Below, in pieces: positions 13,586 through 22,572 of a DNA stretch of 64,000 bases. This DNA is from Deltaproteobacteria bacterium CSP1-8. Its GTDB lineage: Bacteria; Desulfobacterota; Deferrimicrobia; Deferrimicrobiales; Deferrimicrobiaceae. Location: contig LDXO01000003.1 of NCBI GenBank assembly GCA_001443455.1, positions 1,062-65,061 on the forward strand, given 5' to 3'. Numbering within the stretch: the stretch's first letter is position 1; each line of letters starts with the position of its first letter. Position numbers and translations under genes: made by a program. The notes under the pieces were generated by a model that did no database searches, was not told where the DNA came from, and saw nothing but the letters and a program-made list of their open reading frames with translations.

Positions 13586-15742
13586 ATGGGGGAAGGGATC
13601 CGGAGAGACGCCCTCGCCATTTGCTTTCTCGCCGTCGGCATCTTCCTCACGGTTGCGCTTGTGTCCTTCCACCAGATGGATCCGTCCCTTTCCGCCTGGA
13701 GTTCGAAGGGAGCCGTGGTCCACAACTGGGGGGGCGCGGTGGGGGCGATCGTTTCCGATCTTCTCCTCCAGCTGTTCGGCCTGGGAGCGGTCGGGTTCCC
13801 GGTCCTCTGCCTCGCGATGGCCTACTGGACGTTCCGAGGGGAAACGATGTCGGGCAAGTGGAGCAGGGCCGCCGGCGGCCTGCTCGCGGTCTGTTCGTCC
13901 CTCGGGATCGCGTCCTTTTTCACGGGCCATGTCCGGCTGTTCGATTCGGATATCTTCCTCCCCGGGATCGTGGGGCACCTGCTGGGCGTCAACTTTTTCG
14001 GAAAGCTCCTGAGCAAGGTGGGGGGGCTGATCGGCCTCGCCGCCCTGTTCCTCTTCTCCCTGATGCTGTTCACGGGGCTGCCGCTGCGAGGCCTGCCCAC
14101 CCTCTGGAGGCGGAAAAAGACCACCGAACAGGTCCGCGCCATCGTCAAGGAGAAGATGGTCGCCCGGGAGGATTGGGAAGGGGAGAGGCCGTCAAGGGAC
14201 ACCGCGACCGCCCCGGCCCGCGAAGCCGCCTATCCCCGGATCGTGGCTTCCCCGCCCGTCCCCGAGGCGATCCCCGCCCCGAGGGGGGGCGGCAAGGAGT
14301 TCGTTCTCCCCTCCCTGGACCTTTTGGAGGCTCCCGCCGCGGACGGGAACGGTGCGGACGAGGAGTCCCTGCAGCGGAACGCGGTTACTCTCCTCGAGAA
14401 GCTCTCCGAATACGGCATCGAGGGGAACATCACCGAGATCCGGACCGGTCCCCTCGTCACCACATACGAATTCCGGCCCGCTCCCGGCGTGAAGGCGAAC
14501 CGGGTCGTCGCGATGGCGGGGGACCTTGCCCTGGCGATGCGGTGCGAGTCGGTGCGCGTCGTCCCGAACATTCCCGGCAAGGGCGTCATGGGGTTCGAGA
14601 TTCCCAACGAGAAACGGGCGTTCATCTCGCTCCGGGAGCTTCTCGGGTGCAAGGCGTATGCGGAGTCCGAGGCAATGCTCTCGCTCGTCGTGGGGAAAGA
14701 CATATTCGGGGAACCGGTCATCCGCGACCTCTCGAAGATGCCGCACCTTCTGATCGCAGGGGCCACGGGGTCGGGGAAGAGCGTCGCCCTGCACAGCCTG
14801 ATCCTTTCGATCCTCTTCCGGGCGACCCCGGAGGACGTCCGCTTCATCCTCGTCGACCCGAAGATGCTCGAGCTCACCCTCTACGACGGCATCCCCCACC
14901 TGTTTCACGCCGTCGTCACGCAGCCGCGGGAGGCGGCCCAGGTCCTGAAGTGGGCGGTCGGGGAGATGCGGGGGAGATACCAGGAGATGATGGAAAACGG
15001 CGTCCGGCACATCGATGCCTATAACCAGCTGGTGGACAGGAGGTCCCGGTCCATCCTCCGGGTGAAGGCGCGGAACGGCGAGGCGGAGGAAATGGCGCGC
15101 CTTCCCTACATCGTCATCGTCATCGACGAGCTCGCCGACCTCATGATGACGAGCGTGTCGAGGAGGGAGGTCGAGGACTCCATCACCCAGCTGACCCAGA
15201 TGGCCCGTGCCGCGGGAATCCACCTCATCTTCGCCACCCAGCGGCCGTCCGTGGACGTCCTGACCGGCATCATCAAGGCGAACTTCCCGTCGCGCGTCTC
15301 CTTCAAGGTCGCTTCCCAGTTCGACTCCCGTACGATCCTCGACCAGTCCGGGGCCGAAACCCTTCTCGGGTTCGGGGACATGCTCTTCCTCCAGCCCGGC
15401 GTGGGGGGGATCCTTCGGGTCCACGGCCCCTTCGTCGGGGAGGGGGAGATCCAGCGCGTCGTCGCCCATCTTCGGTCGCAGGGCGCGCCTGAATACGAGC
15501 CCTCCATCACCGCTCTTCCGAGCGAAGAGGAGGAACGGGACCCGTCGCGGGACGAGAAGTTCGATGAGGCGGTCGAGGAGGTGATCCGGGCGGGGCGAGC
15601 TTCGGTTTCGATGCTCCAGAGGCGCCTCCAGATCGGCTTCAACCGGGCGGCCCGCATCATCGAGGAGATGGAGAGGCAGGGGATCGTCGGGCCGTCCGAG
15701 GGCGGGAAACCGCGGGATGTCTACGTGACGAGCCGGGAATAG
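13586..15742 (+). CDS. ftsK: DNA translocase FtsK
   Basis: N-terminal TM segments (MGEGIRRDALAICFLAVGIFLTVALVSF), a Pro-rich linker, the motor domain HLLIAGATGSGKSV (Walker A) and YIVIVIDELADL (Walker B), and a C-terminal gamma domain (SVSMLQRRLQIGFNRAARIIEEME). Confidence 0.9.
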   Translation: MGEGIRRDALAICFLAVGIFLTVALVSFHQMDPSLSAWSSKGAVVHNWGGAVGAIVSDLLLQLFGLGAVGFPVLCLAMAYWTFRGETMSGKWSRAAGGLLAVCSSLGIASFFTGHVRLFDSDIFLPGIVGHLLGVNFFGKLLSKVGGLIGLAALFLFSLMLFTGLPLRGLPTLWRRKKTTEQVRAIVKEKMVAREDWEGERPSRDTATAPAREAAYPRIVASPPVPEAIPAPRGGGKEFVLPSLDLLEAPAADGNGADEESLQRNAVTLLEKLSEYGIEGNITEIRTGPLVTTYEFRPAPGVKANRVVAMAGDLALAMRCESVRVVPNIPGKGVMGFEIPNEKRAFISLRELLGCKAYAESEAMLSLVVGKDIFGEPVIRDLSKMPHLLIAGATGSGKSVALHSLILSILFRATPEDVRFILVDPKMLELTLYDGIPHLFHAVVTQPREAAQVLKWAVGEMRGRYQEMMENGVRHIDAYNQLVDRRSRSILRVKARNGEAEEMARLPYIVIVIDELADLMMTSVSRREVEDSITQLTQMARAAGIHLIFATQRPSVDVLTGIIKANFPSRVSFKVASQFDSRTILDQSGAETLLGFGDMLFLQPGVGGILRVHGPFVGEGEIQRVVAHLRSQGAPEYEPSITALPSEEEERDPSRDEKFDEAVEEVIRAGRASVSMLQRRLQIGFNRAARIIEEMERQGIVGPSEGGKPRDVYVTSRE

Positions 15743-15847
15743 GGCGCCCGGCCCGCCCGGCTAAAGGAATCCGACGGGGCCCCGGGTTTGAAGTCGCTCC
15801 CCAGAACCCTTTCTCCCCCTTCCCACTCTAAAGGAGACGGCGGCTCG

Positions 15848-16777
15848 ATGAATCCACAGGGAAGGGAGAGGATGGACGCGGACTTTACCAGGAACCTCCT
15901 CGACATCTTGTTCGAAGGGGTCTATTTCGTGGACCGGGACAGGAAGGTCACGTACTGGAGCAAGGGAGCCGAACGGATCACCGGGTACAAAGAGCGGGAG
16001 GTGTTGGGCCTGCGCTGTCGCGACAGCATCCTGATGCACGTGGACGAGCGGGGGGAGAGCGCGTGCGATCGGTCGTGCGTGATCGCGGAGACGATCCGGG
16101 ACGGGGGAGCGCGCGAGGCCGATCTGTACCTGCTCCACAAGGACGGCCACCGTGTCCCGGTATCGATACGCGTCGCGCCGATCGTGGACCCGGGCGGGCG
16201 AATCGCCGGTGCGGTCGAGGTGTTCAGCGACAATCCGACGAAGGATACGACCGCGCGCCTGATCGCGGAACTTCGGGCGATGGCGCTGCTCGACCCGATG
16301 ACGGAGCTGGGCAACCGGCGGTACGTGGAGATGCAGCTGGGAGCGAGGCTCAAGGAGATGGAAAGGTACGGCTGGACGTTCGGCGTCCTTCTCGCGGACA
16401 TCGATCGCTTCAAGAACATCAACGACACGCACGGGCACGACGTCGGAGACAGGGTTCTCAAGATGGTCGGGAGGACCTTGCAGAACAGCATCCGATCCTT
16501 CGATGCCATGGGAAGGTGGGGAGGGGAAGAGTTTCTCGCGGTCATCGCGAACGTCAGCTGGGACCACTTGTCCTCCATCGCCGACAAGCTGCGCTCCCTG
16601 GTGGAGAAATCCAGCTTCACGGAGGGCAAGGACTCCATACGCGTCACCGTCTCCGTCGGGGCTACGCTTGCCAGGCCGGACGACACCGCGGAGACGCTCG
16701 TGAAGAGGGCCGACCGCCTGATGTACAGGAGCAAGGCGGTGGGGAGAAACCGGGTCACGGTCGGCCGGGACGACTGA
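15848..16777 (+). CDS. PAS domain-containing diguanylate cyclase (GGDEF) with an I-site
   Basis: PAS region (ILFEGVYFVDRDRKVTYWSKGAERITGY). GGDEF domain with DPMTELGNRR, DIDRFKNINDTHGH, the active site GGEEF, and RSFD five residues upstream (RxxD I-site). AAGGAG precedes the ATG at 15848. Confidence 0.85.
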   Translation: MNPQGRERMDADFTRNLLDILFEGVYFVDRDRKVTYWSKGAERITGYKEREVLGLRCRDSILMHVDERGESACDRSCVIAETIRDGGAREADLYLLHKDGHRVPVSIRVAPIVDPGGRIAGAVEVFSDNPTKDTTARLIAELRAMALLDPMTELGNRRYVEMQLGARLKEMERYGWTFGVLLADIDRFKNINDTHGHDVGDRVLKMVGRTLQNSIRSFDAMGRWGGEEFLAVIANVSWDHLSSIADKLRSLVEKSSFTEGKDSIRVTVSVGATLARPDDTAETLVKRADRLMYRSKAVGRNRVTVGRDD

Positions 16778-16935
16778 GTCCCGGCGGGACCCCCTCCCCC
16801 CGTCCCGGACAGGGGGAGACCCTGCCTTCGCAAGCGGAGTCCTTTTCGGGGATTCCTCGAAAGAAGGGTATACTGGGCGGCGGGCGGAAGAGGGCTCCCC
16901 GCATTCCCCATCTCTTACGGGAAAGGGGTGGCATC

Positions 16936-17607
16936 ATGCAGACCATGGCGCGGGCCGCGGTGGCGGCCCTCTTTCTTTTCACCGCGGGTTTCCCCCCGGA
17001 TGCCTGCGGATCGGGCGAGGGGGACGGCGCCAACCTCCTGCACCGGGTGGCGGAGAAGTACTCGACCGTCACGACCCTGTCCGCGACGTTCCGCCAGGAA
17101 GTGCCGCTGCAGGACGTCGGGATAGTGAGGAAAGCCTCCGGCCAGGTATACTTCCGGCGCCCCTTGCGGATGCGCTGGGACTACCGGACGCCCGGCGAGC
17201 AACTGTTCCTCGCCGACGGGCGCTACTTCTATTTTCGTCCCCCCGATTCGCCCCGGGTGTTCCGGCGAAGGATCGACGAGGGGGGGCTCGGCGGGAAGAT
17301 CCCCCTCCTGCTTCTTTTCGGGAAGGGCGACATCACGGAGTATTTCCGCGTGGAGGAGGAAAAACCCCTCCCCGGGGGGAAGGAGACCCTCCTTCGCCTG
17401 GTTCCGAAAGGGGACGGGGCGCCGGAAGTGCGACGAGTCGACCTCGTGGTGGATGACACGGACCTGACGATCCGGCAGGTTCACCTCTACGACCGCCTGG
17501 GGGGGGCGAACCACCTCTATCTCGACGACATCGTGGTCAACCCGACGCTCCCCCCGGACCTCTTCCGGTACCGGGAGGCGCAAGGCGTCGAGGTGGTGGA
17601 CGGATGA
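16936..17607 (+). CDS. lolA: Outer-membrane lipoprotein carrier protein LolA
   Basis: Signal peptide MQTMARAAVAALFLFTAG, then LSATFRQEV..GQVYFRRPLRMRWDY..QLFLADGRYFYFRPP, a LolA family pattern. Confidence 0.8.
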   Translation: MQTMARAAVAALFLFTAGFPPDACGSGEGDGANLLHRVAEKYSTVTTLSATFRQEVPLQDVGIVRKASGQVYFRRPLRMRWDYRTPGEQLFLADGRYFYFRPPDSPRVFRRRIDEGGLGGKIPLLLLFGKGDITEYFRVEEEKPLPGGKETLLRLVPKGDGAPEVRRVDLVVDDTDLTIRQVHLYDRLGGANHLYLDDIVVNPTLPPDLFRYREAQGVEVVDG

Positions 17608-18977
17608 CCGGGAGGGGAAAAGCCGGGATGACCGTGCGCATCCTCACGCTGGGGTGCGCGAAAAATTCCGTGGACGGGGAGGTGATGTCCGGACTCCTCG
17701 TCGAGGATGGGCACCGCGTCGTTTCGCGGGGGCGCGCGGACGTGGGGATCGTCAACACCTGCGGGTTTATCCGCGACGCGAAGGAGGAGTCGATCGGGGA
17801 GATCCTGGCCCTGGCGCGCGAGAAACAGCGGGGCAGGATCCGGCGTCTCGTCGTGGCCGGCTGCCTGGCGAAGAGGTACCGGGACGAACTGCCGGGGGTC
17901 CTGCCGGAGGTGGACCTGTTCGTAGGGCCCGGCGATATCCCGGCGATCCCCGGCCTGGTGAGGAAGATGTTCCAGGGGAGTTCCCCCCGCTCCTTTGTGG
18001 GAACGGGTGTCCTGCCCGAGGAGGCGTACCGGCACCGTCTTCGGGAGACGGGGGAGGCCTCCGCGTTCGTCAAGATCCTGGAGGGGTGCGACCACCGTTG
18101 CGCCTATTGCGCGATTCCGGACATCCGCGGACCGTTGCGGAGCCGCGACCGGGACTCCCTTCTCGCCGAAGTGCGAATGCTGGTCGGCCGGGGGGCGAGG
18201 GAGATCAACCTGGTCGGACAGGACATCACCTCCTACGGGGCGGACCGGGGAGAGAAACGGGGGCTTCCCCGCCTCGTCCGGGACATCTGCGCCGTCCGGG
18301 GAGTGCGGTGGGTGCGGCTGCTCTACCTCTACCCCGGCCGCCTGGATGACGACCTGATCGACCTGGTGGGGACGGAGGGAGGGAAGGTGTGCCGGTACCT
18401 CGACATTCCCGTCCAGCACATCGACGCGGGGGTTCTCGCCAGGATGGGCCGCCGGTACGGCCCCGACGATGTGTGGGCTCTCCTCGAGCGGGTGCGGAAA
18501 CGGGTCCCCGGCGTCTTCCTCAGGACCTCGCTGATCGTCGGGTTTCCGGGGGAGACCGCGGCCGCGTTCGACCGGCTGCTCCGTTTCGTCCACGAGTCCC
18601 GGTGGGATTACCTCGGGGTGTTTCCCTATTCCCGGGAGGAGGGGACCCCCGCTCACGCGATGGAGCGTCAGATTCCCGAGGCGGTGAAGCGGGAGCGGGC
18701 GCGACGGGTCCGGGACGCGCAGGCCGACATTCTCGCCGCCCGCAACGCGGGGATGGCCGGGGAGGAGATCGAGGTCCTCGTGGAAGAGACGCGGGGACAG
18801 GGCCGCGCCGTCGGCAGGCACCGGGGCCAGGCGCCGGAGGTGGACGGGAACGTGCTTCTGTCCGGATACCGGGGGCCCGTCGGCCGTTTCTGCCGGGCGC
18901 GGGTTTCGGGGGCGCGGGAGTGGGACGTGCTCGCGAAAGCGGTTGACACCGGATCGCCACCGGGTATACTAACGTAA
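17604..18977 (+). CDS. rimO: Ribosomal protein S12 methylthiotransferase RimO (radical SAM)
   Basis: UPF0004 N-domain (ILTLGCAKNSVDGE), the radical SAM motif CDHRCAYC, and a TRAM C-terminus. ATGA overlap with the lolA stop. The alternative start ATG 17628 is equally plausible. Confidence 0.9.
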   Translation: MTGRGKAGMTVRILTLGCAKNSVDGEVMSGLLVEDGHRVVSRGRADVGIVNTCGFIRDAKEESIGEILALAREKQRGRIRRLVVAGCLAKRYRDELPGVLPEVDLFVGPGDIPAIPGLVRKMFQGSSPRSFVGTGVLPEEAYRHRLRETGEASAFVKILEGCDHRCAYCAIPDIRGPLRSRDRDSLLAEVRMLVGRGAREINLVGQDITSYGADRGEKRGLPRLVRDICAVRGVRWVRLLYLYPGRLDDDLIDLVGTEGGKVCRYLDIPVQHIDAGVLARMGRRYGPDDVWALLERVRKRVPGVFLRTSLIVGFPGETAAAFDRLLRFVHESRWDYLGVFPYSREEGTPAHAMERQIPEAVKRERARRVRDAQADILAARNAGMAGEEIEVLVEETRGQGRAVGRHRGQAPEVDGNVLLSGYRGPVGRFCRARVSGAREWDVLAKAVDTGSPPGILT

Positions 18978-19007
18978 TTTTTCAACGGCCGCGGGGGACG
19001 AAGAGCG

Positions 19008-19406
19008 ATGAAACCGATCAAGGACATGCTCCTCAAAATGCGGGAAGAACTCGTGCGGAAGATTGCCCGGAGGTCCAAGGCGACCACCGTGAGCGGCGTT
19101 TCGGACATCGGGGACATTCTCGATTCCGTTTCCGAGGAGCGGACCCGGGAACTGGACATGATACTTACGGACCGGGAAAAACAGAAGCTCAAGCAGATCG
19201 ACGACGCCCTCGAACGGATCGAGGAGAACACCTACGGTTTCTGCGAGGAGTGCGGGGTCAAGATCCCCCGGGCGCGCCTCAAGGTCGTGCCGTTCGCCAA
19301 GTATTGCGTCGAATGCAAGGAAGTGATCGAGCGCGAGGAGAAGTACACCCGGGAAGAACCCGAAGAGGGGATCAAGAAGGTCCCTATGGCCGAGGCGGAG
19401 GAGTAG
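19008..19406 (+). CDS. DksA/TraR family C4-type zinc-finger protein
   Basis: 132 aa. Coiled-coil region followed by CEECGVKIPRARLKVVPFAKYCVECK (CxxC-N17-CxxC). Confidence 0.85.
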   Translation: MKPIKDMLLKMREELVRKIARRSKATTVSGVSDIGDILDSVSEERTRELDMILTDREKQKLKQIDDALERIEENTYGFCEECGVKIPRARLKVVPFAKYCVECKEVIEREEKYTREEPEEGIKKVPMAEAEE

Positions 19407-20457
19407 AGGGCCCTGCCCCCACGGGGTCGCTTTCCTCCGCCGGCCCGCTGCGGCGGGCCATGATGCCGTTTTTCCCCTTCTGGTAGACCGTCACCGCCTG
19501 GTTGTGTTCCTTAAGAGTCCGGGAAAACTGGTGGGACCCGTCTTTGCGGGAGACGAAGTACAGGTAGTCGGCGTCGGCGGGCTTGACCGCGGCCGCGAGG
19601 GAGGAAAGGCCGGGGTTGGAGATGGGTCCCGGCGGAAGCCCCGGGTTCAAGTAGGTATTGTACGGATTGGAGGTCCGCAGGTCCTTTTTCGTAAGGTTCC
19701 CGCCGAATTTCTTAAGCCCGTAGATGATGGTCGGATCCATCTGGAGGGGCATCCCGAGGGAGAGCCGCCTCCGGATGACCGCGGAGATGAGAGGTTTTTC
19801 CTCCTCCTCCCCGGTTTCCTTCTCGATGATCGACGCGATCGTCACGATCTCGGAAAGCGCGAACCCATCCTCTTCGGCCATCCTCTCCATGTCGGGGGTG
19901 AACTTCCGGCGGAACAGGCGCACCATCACCCCGAGGATCTCCTCGGCGGACATGTCCTTCACGAGGGTGTACGTGTCCGGGAACAGGTACCCCTCCAGGG
20001 TGCCTGTCGGCAGGCCCATCTGGCGGGCAAGACCCGGCGACGTGGCTGCCGAAAGGAATGTCGGGGGATTCGCAAGCTCCAGACTCCCGAGGGTCTGGGC
20101 GATATCGTAGATGGTCGACCCGGCGGGGATGGTCACCTGGTATTTGGCCACATCGCCGCTCACGATCTTCCCCCACAGCTCGAACGCGGAGGGGGGAGCC
20201 GGGAAGGCGTACTCCCCGTGCTGAAGTTTTGTACCGGTCATCGTCCCGCCGACGAGGATCCGGAAGGCGACGGGATAGCGGAGGACTCCCTTCCCGATGA
20301 GCGTTTTCTCGATTAGGGGATAGGCGCTCCCCTTGGGGATGAACACCTTCGTCACGCGCCAATGGTCCCGGGGAGGACGCGCCATCACGAAGAAGAGGAA
20401 GACGGAGGCCGCTCCGAGGACGACCGCGGCGGCAAGGCTCCAGGTTCGGGTGGGCAC
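19384..20457 (-). CDS. mltG: Endolytic murein transglycosylase MltG (YceG-like)
   Basis: N-terminal TM segment, then YAFPAPPSAFELWGKIVSG, ASIIEKE, and the C-terminal YNTYLNPGLPPGPISNPG signature. Confidence 0.9.
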   Translation of the reverse strand: MPTRTWSLAAAVVLGAASVFLFFVMARPPRDHWRVTKVFIPKGSAYPLIEKTLIGKGVLRYPVAFRILVGGTMTGTKLQHGEYAFPAPPSAFELWGKIVSGDVAKYQVTIPAGSTIYDIAQTLGSLELANPPTFLSAATSPGLARQMGLPTGTLEGYLFPDTYTLVKDMSAEEILGVMVRLFRRKFTPDMERMAEEDGFALSEIVTIASIIEKETGEEEEKPLISAVIRRRLSLGMPLQMDPTIIYGLKKFGGNLTKKDLRTSNPYNTYLNPGLPPGPISNPGLSSLAAAVKPADADYLYFVSRKDGSHQFSRTLKEHNQAVTVYQKGKNGIMARRSGPAEESDPVGAGPSTPPPRP

Positions 20458-20463
20458 GCGGCG

Positions 20464-20898
20464 CTACTTCCGGTTCCGGTAGTCGAGGGAGCTCTGCAGC
20501 AGGAAGACGGCCGAGAGGCTGTCACGGATCTCTCTTCGCTTTTCTCGGCGGACCCCGGATTCGATCAGGTGGCGCTCCGCCTGTACGGTCGTCATCCGCT
20601 CGTCCCAGGTTTCGACCGGTATCCCCAGGCGTTCCGCGATTTTTTCCCCGAACATCCTCGCCCGTTTCGCCTGGGACCCCTCCTCGCCGCGCAAGGTGAG
20701 GGGCAGCCCGATCAGCACGGTGCACACGGAGTATTTCCGTATCAGGGCTCCGATTGCCCCGATGTCCCGGATATCCCCCTGTCTCCGGATGGCGGCAACA
20801 GGCTGGGCGGTTATGCCCAAGGGGTCGGAAACCGCCACCCCGATTCTGTGGCTGCCGAAGTCCAGCCCGAGAATCCTTACCTCCTTTCGCTCCGGCAT
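20464..20898 (-). CDS. ruvX: Holliday junction resolvase-like nuclease RuvX/YqgF
   Basis: RILGLDFGSHRIGVAVSD..VLIGLPLTLRGEEG..DERMTTVQA is the YqgF family pattern. Confidence 0.9.
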   Translation of the reverse strand: MPERKEVRILGLDFGSHRIGVAVSDPLGITAQPVAAIRRQGDIRDIGAIGALIRKYSVCTVLIGLPLTLRGEEGSQAKRARMFGEKIAERLGIPVETWDERMTTVQAERHLIESGVRREKRREIRDSLSAVFLLQSSLDYRNRK

Positions 20899-20952
20899 CC
20901 GGTCATCCCCCGTAAAAAGTGTACGTTTCCCGCGCTGCCACCGTCAACACGA

Positions 20953-20981
20953 TTGACGAACATGACGCACTCCGGTAGATA
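20953..20981 (+). promoter_or_regulatory. Candidate sigma70-type promoter for the peptidase/HEAT gene pair
   Basis: TTGACG (20953-20958), a 17-nt spacer, then TAGATA (20976-20981), about 20 nt upstream of the ATG at 21003. Pattern match only. Confidence 0.3.
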
Positions 20982-21002
20982 TATACGCATTGCGGAGGAC
21001 GG

Positions 21003-21980
21003 ATGGGGGGATCGATCACCGACGTGCCCGGGGTTCTCCTGGGGCACGAGCACGACCTTCGGCGCGGGTCCGGGATCACCGTCCTTCTCTTCCCCCTGGG
21101 CGCGATGGGGGCCGCCGACATCCGGGGGGAGGCCGCCGGCACGAGGCAGATGGATTCTCTCCTTCGCCCCCATCCGGCGAGCCGTATCCACGCTCTCGTC
21201 CTGGCGGGGGGGAGCGCGTTCGGGCTCGACGCCGCGGCGGGAGTGATGCGCCTCCTCGAGGAACGAGGCGTCGGGTTCCCCACCCCCGCGGGGGTGGTCC
21301 CGATCGTTCCCACGGCGGTCATCTACGATCTGGGCTTCGGGGATCCGACGTTCCGGCCAACCCCGGAGATGGCCTATGTCGCCGCGGAGAAGGCGTCCGG
21401 AACGGCTCCGGAGCGGGGATCCGTGGGGGCGGGGGCCGGGGCCACCGTCGGGAAGATTTTCGGACTGGGCCGCGCGATGAAGGGCGGGTTCGGGACCGCG
21501 AGCGAACGTGCGGGAGAGGCGCTCGTCGGGGCGTGCGCCGTCGTGAACGCCTTCGGGGACGTGTTCGATCCCCTCTCGGGGGAGTGGCTCGCCGGAGCGC
21601 GGACCGGGGACGGAAAGGGCCGGGCGGGGACGGAAGAAGCGTTTCTCGACGGGTACGTGCGGGAGCCGTTTTCCCTGGGAAACACGACGCTCGCCGTCGT
21701 TGCCACCCCCGACGACCTTTCCCGGGAGGAACTGATCGGAGTCGCGAGGATGGCGCACGGGGCGCTGTTTCGGTCCATCCGGCCCGTTCACACCCCCATG
21801 GACGGCGATATCGTGGTGGCGCTGTCCACGGGGGCCGCGGGGCGAAAGGGGAACCCGATGCAGACCGCGGTCCTCGCGGGGCGGGCACTCGAGAGGGCGA
21901 TCGCGGACGCGGTGAGGTCCGCCCGGGGGGCCCACGGCCTGCCCGCTGCCCGGGATATGCGCAGGAGGGAAAGCCCGTGA
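21003..21980 (+). CDS. P1 (S58, DmpA/BapA-like) family aminopeptidase
   Basis: ITDVPGVLLGHEHD..SGITVLLFP..GEAAGTR..HALVLAGGSAFGLDAAAGVMRLLEERGVGF..PIVPTAVIYDL..NTTLAVVATP is the DmpA-like pattern. Confidence 0.8.
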   Translation: MGGSITDVPGVLLGHEHDLRRGSGITVLLFPLGAMGAADIRGEAAGTRQMDSLLRPHPASRIHALVLAGGSAFGLDAAAGVMRLLEERGVGFPTPAGVVPIVPTAVIYDLGFGDPTFRPTPEMAYVAAEKASGTAPERGSVGAGAGATVGKIFGLGRAMKGGFGTASERAGEALVGACAVVNAFGDVFDPLSGEWLAGARTGDGKGRAGTEEAFLDGYVREPFSLGNTTLAVVATPDDLSREELIGVARMAHGALFRSIRPVHTPMDGDIVVALSTGAAGRKGNPMQTAVLAGRALERAIADAVRSARGAHGLPAARDMRRRESP

Positions 21981-22546
21981 TCGACAGGATCGAGGAGGCC
22001 CTGAGGGGAATGCTTTCGGATCCTTCCGTCGCCGTCCGGCTGGCGGCCTCCGCTGCTCTCGACAGGCTGCGGGCGAAAAAATCGTTGTCCACCTACCATC
22101 AGATGCTTACGAATGGCACCCGGGAAGAGAAGGTCCGGGTCGTGTTCGCCGCGGAGGAGATCGGCGGATCGGAGGGGCTTTCCCTCCTCCTTGCGGCCCT
22201 GACGGACGCGGAGGAGGAGGTCCGGGGAGCCGCCGTCCGCGCTCTCGAGTCCACCCTGACCGGGACCGTGCTGAAGGCGATGGTGGCAAGGCTCCCCAGG
22301 GAGCAGGGGGTCGTGCTCGGGAACCTGCTGGAGGCCCTGGGAAAGTCCCGGAGGAGGGAACTGTCGCCCGTCATCGAGAGGTACCTGGATCATCCGGACG
22401 TCGAGGTGCGGGGAAAGGCGATCCCGGCGTTCGCACGGGTGACGGCTGGCGCCGGGTGGGAGAAGATCCTCGCGCATGTCGCCGAAACGGAGGAAACCGT
22501 CAGGGCGGCCGCCGCCCGGGCCCTTGGGGAGTGGAGCTCGGAGTAG
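21977..22546 (+). CDS. HEAT-repeat protein (about 189 aa)
   Basis: GTG start overlaps the upstream TGA (GTGA). Repeated D/E..VR..A..AL motifs are present: SVAVRLAASAALDRL, EEEVRGAAVRALES, DVEVRGKAIPAFARV, EETVRAAAARALGEW. Confidence 0.7.
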   Translation: MIDRIEEALRGMLSDPSVAVRLAASAALDRLRAKKSLSTYHQMLTNGTREEKVRVVFAAEEIGGSEGLSLLLAALTDAEEEVRGAAVRALESTLTGTVLKAMVARLPREQGVVLGNLLEALGKSRRRELSPVIERYLDHPDVEVRGKAIPAFARVTAGAGWEKILAHVAETEETVRAAAARALGEWSSE

Positions 22547-22572
22547 CGTCAAGGGGCGGTCCGCGCCCCTCG

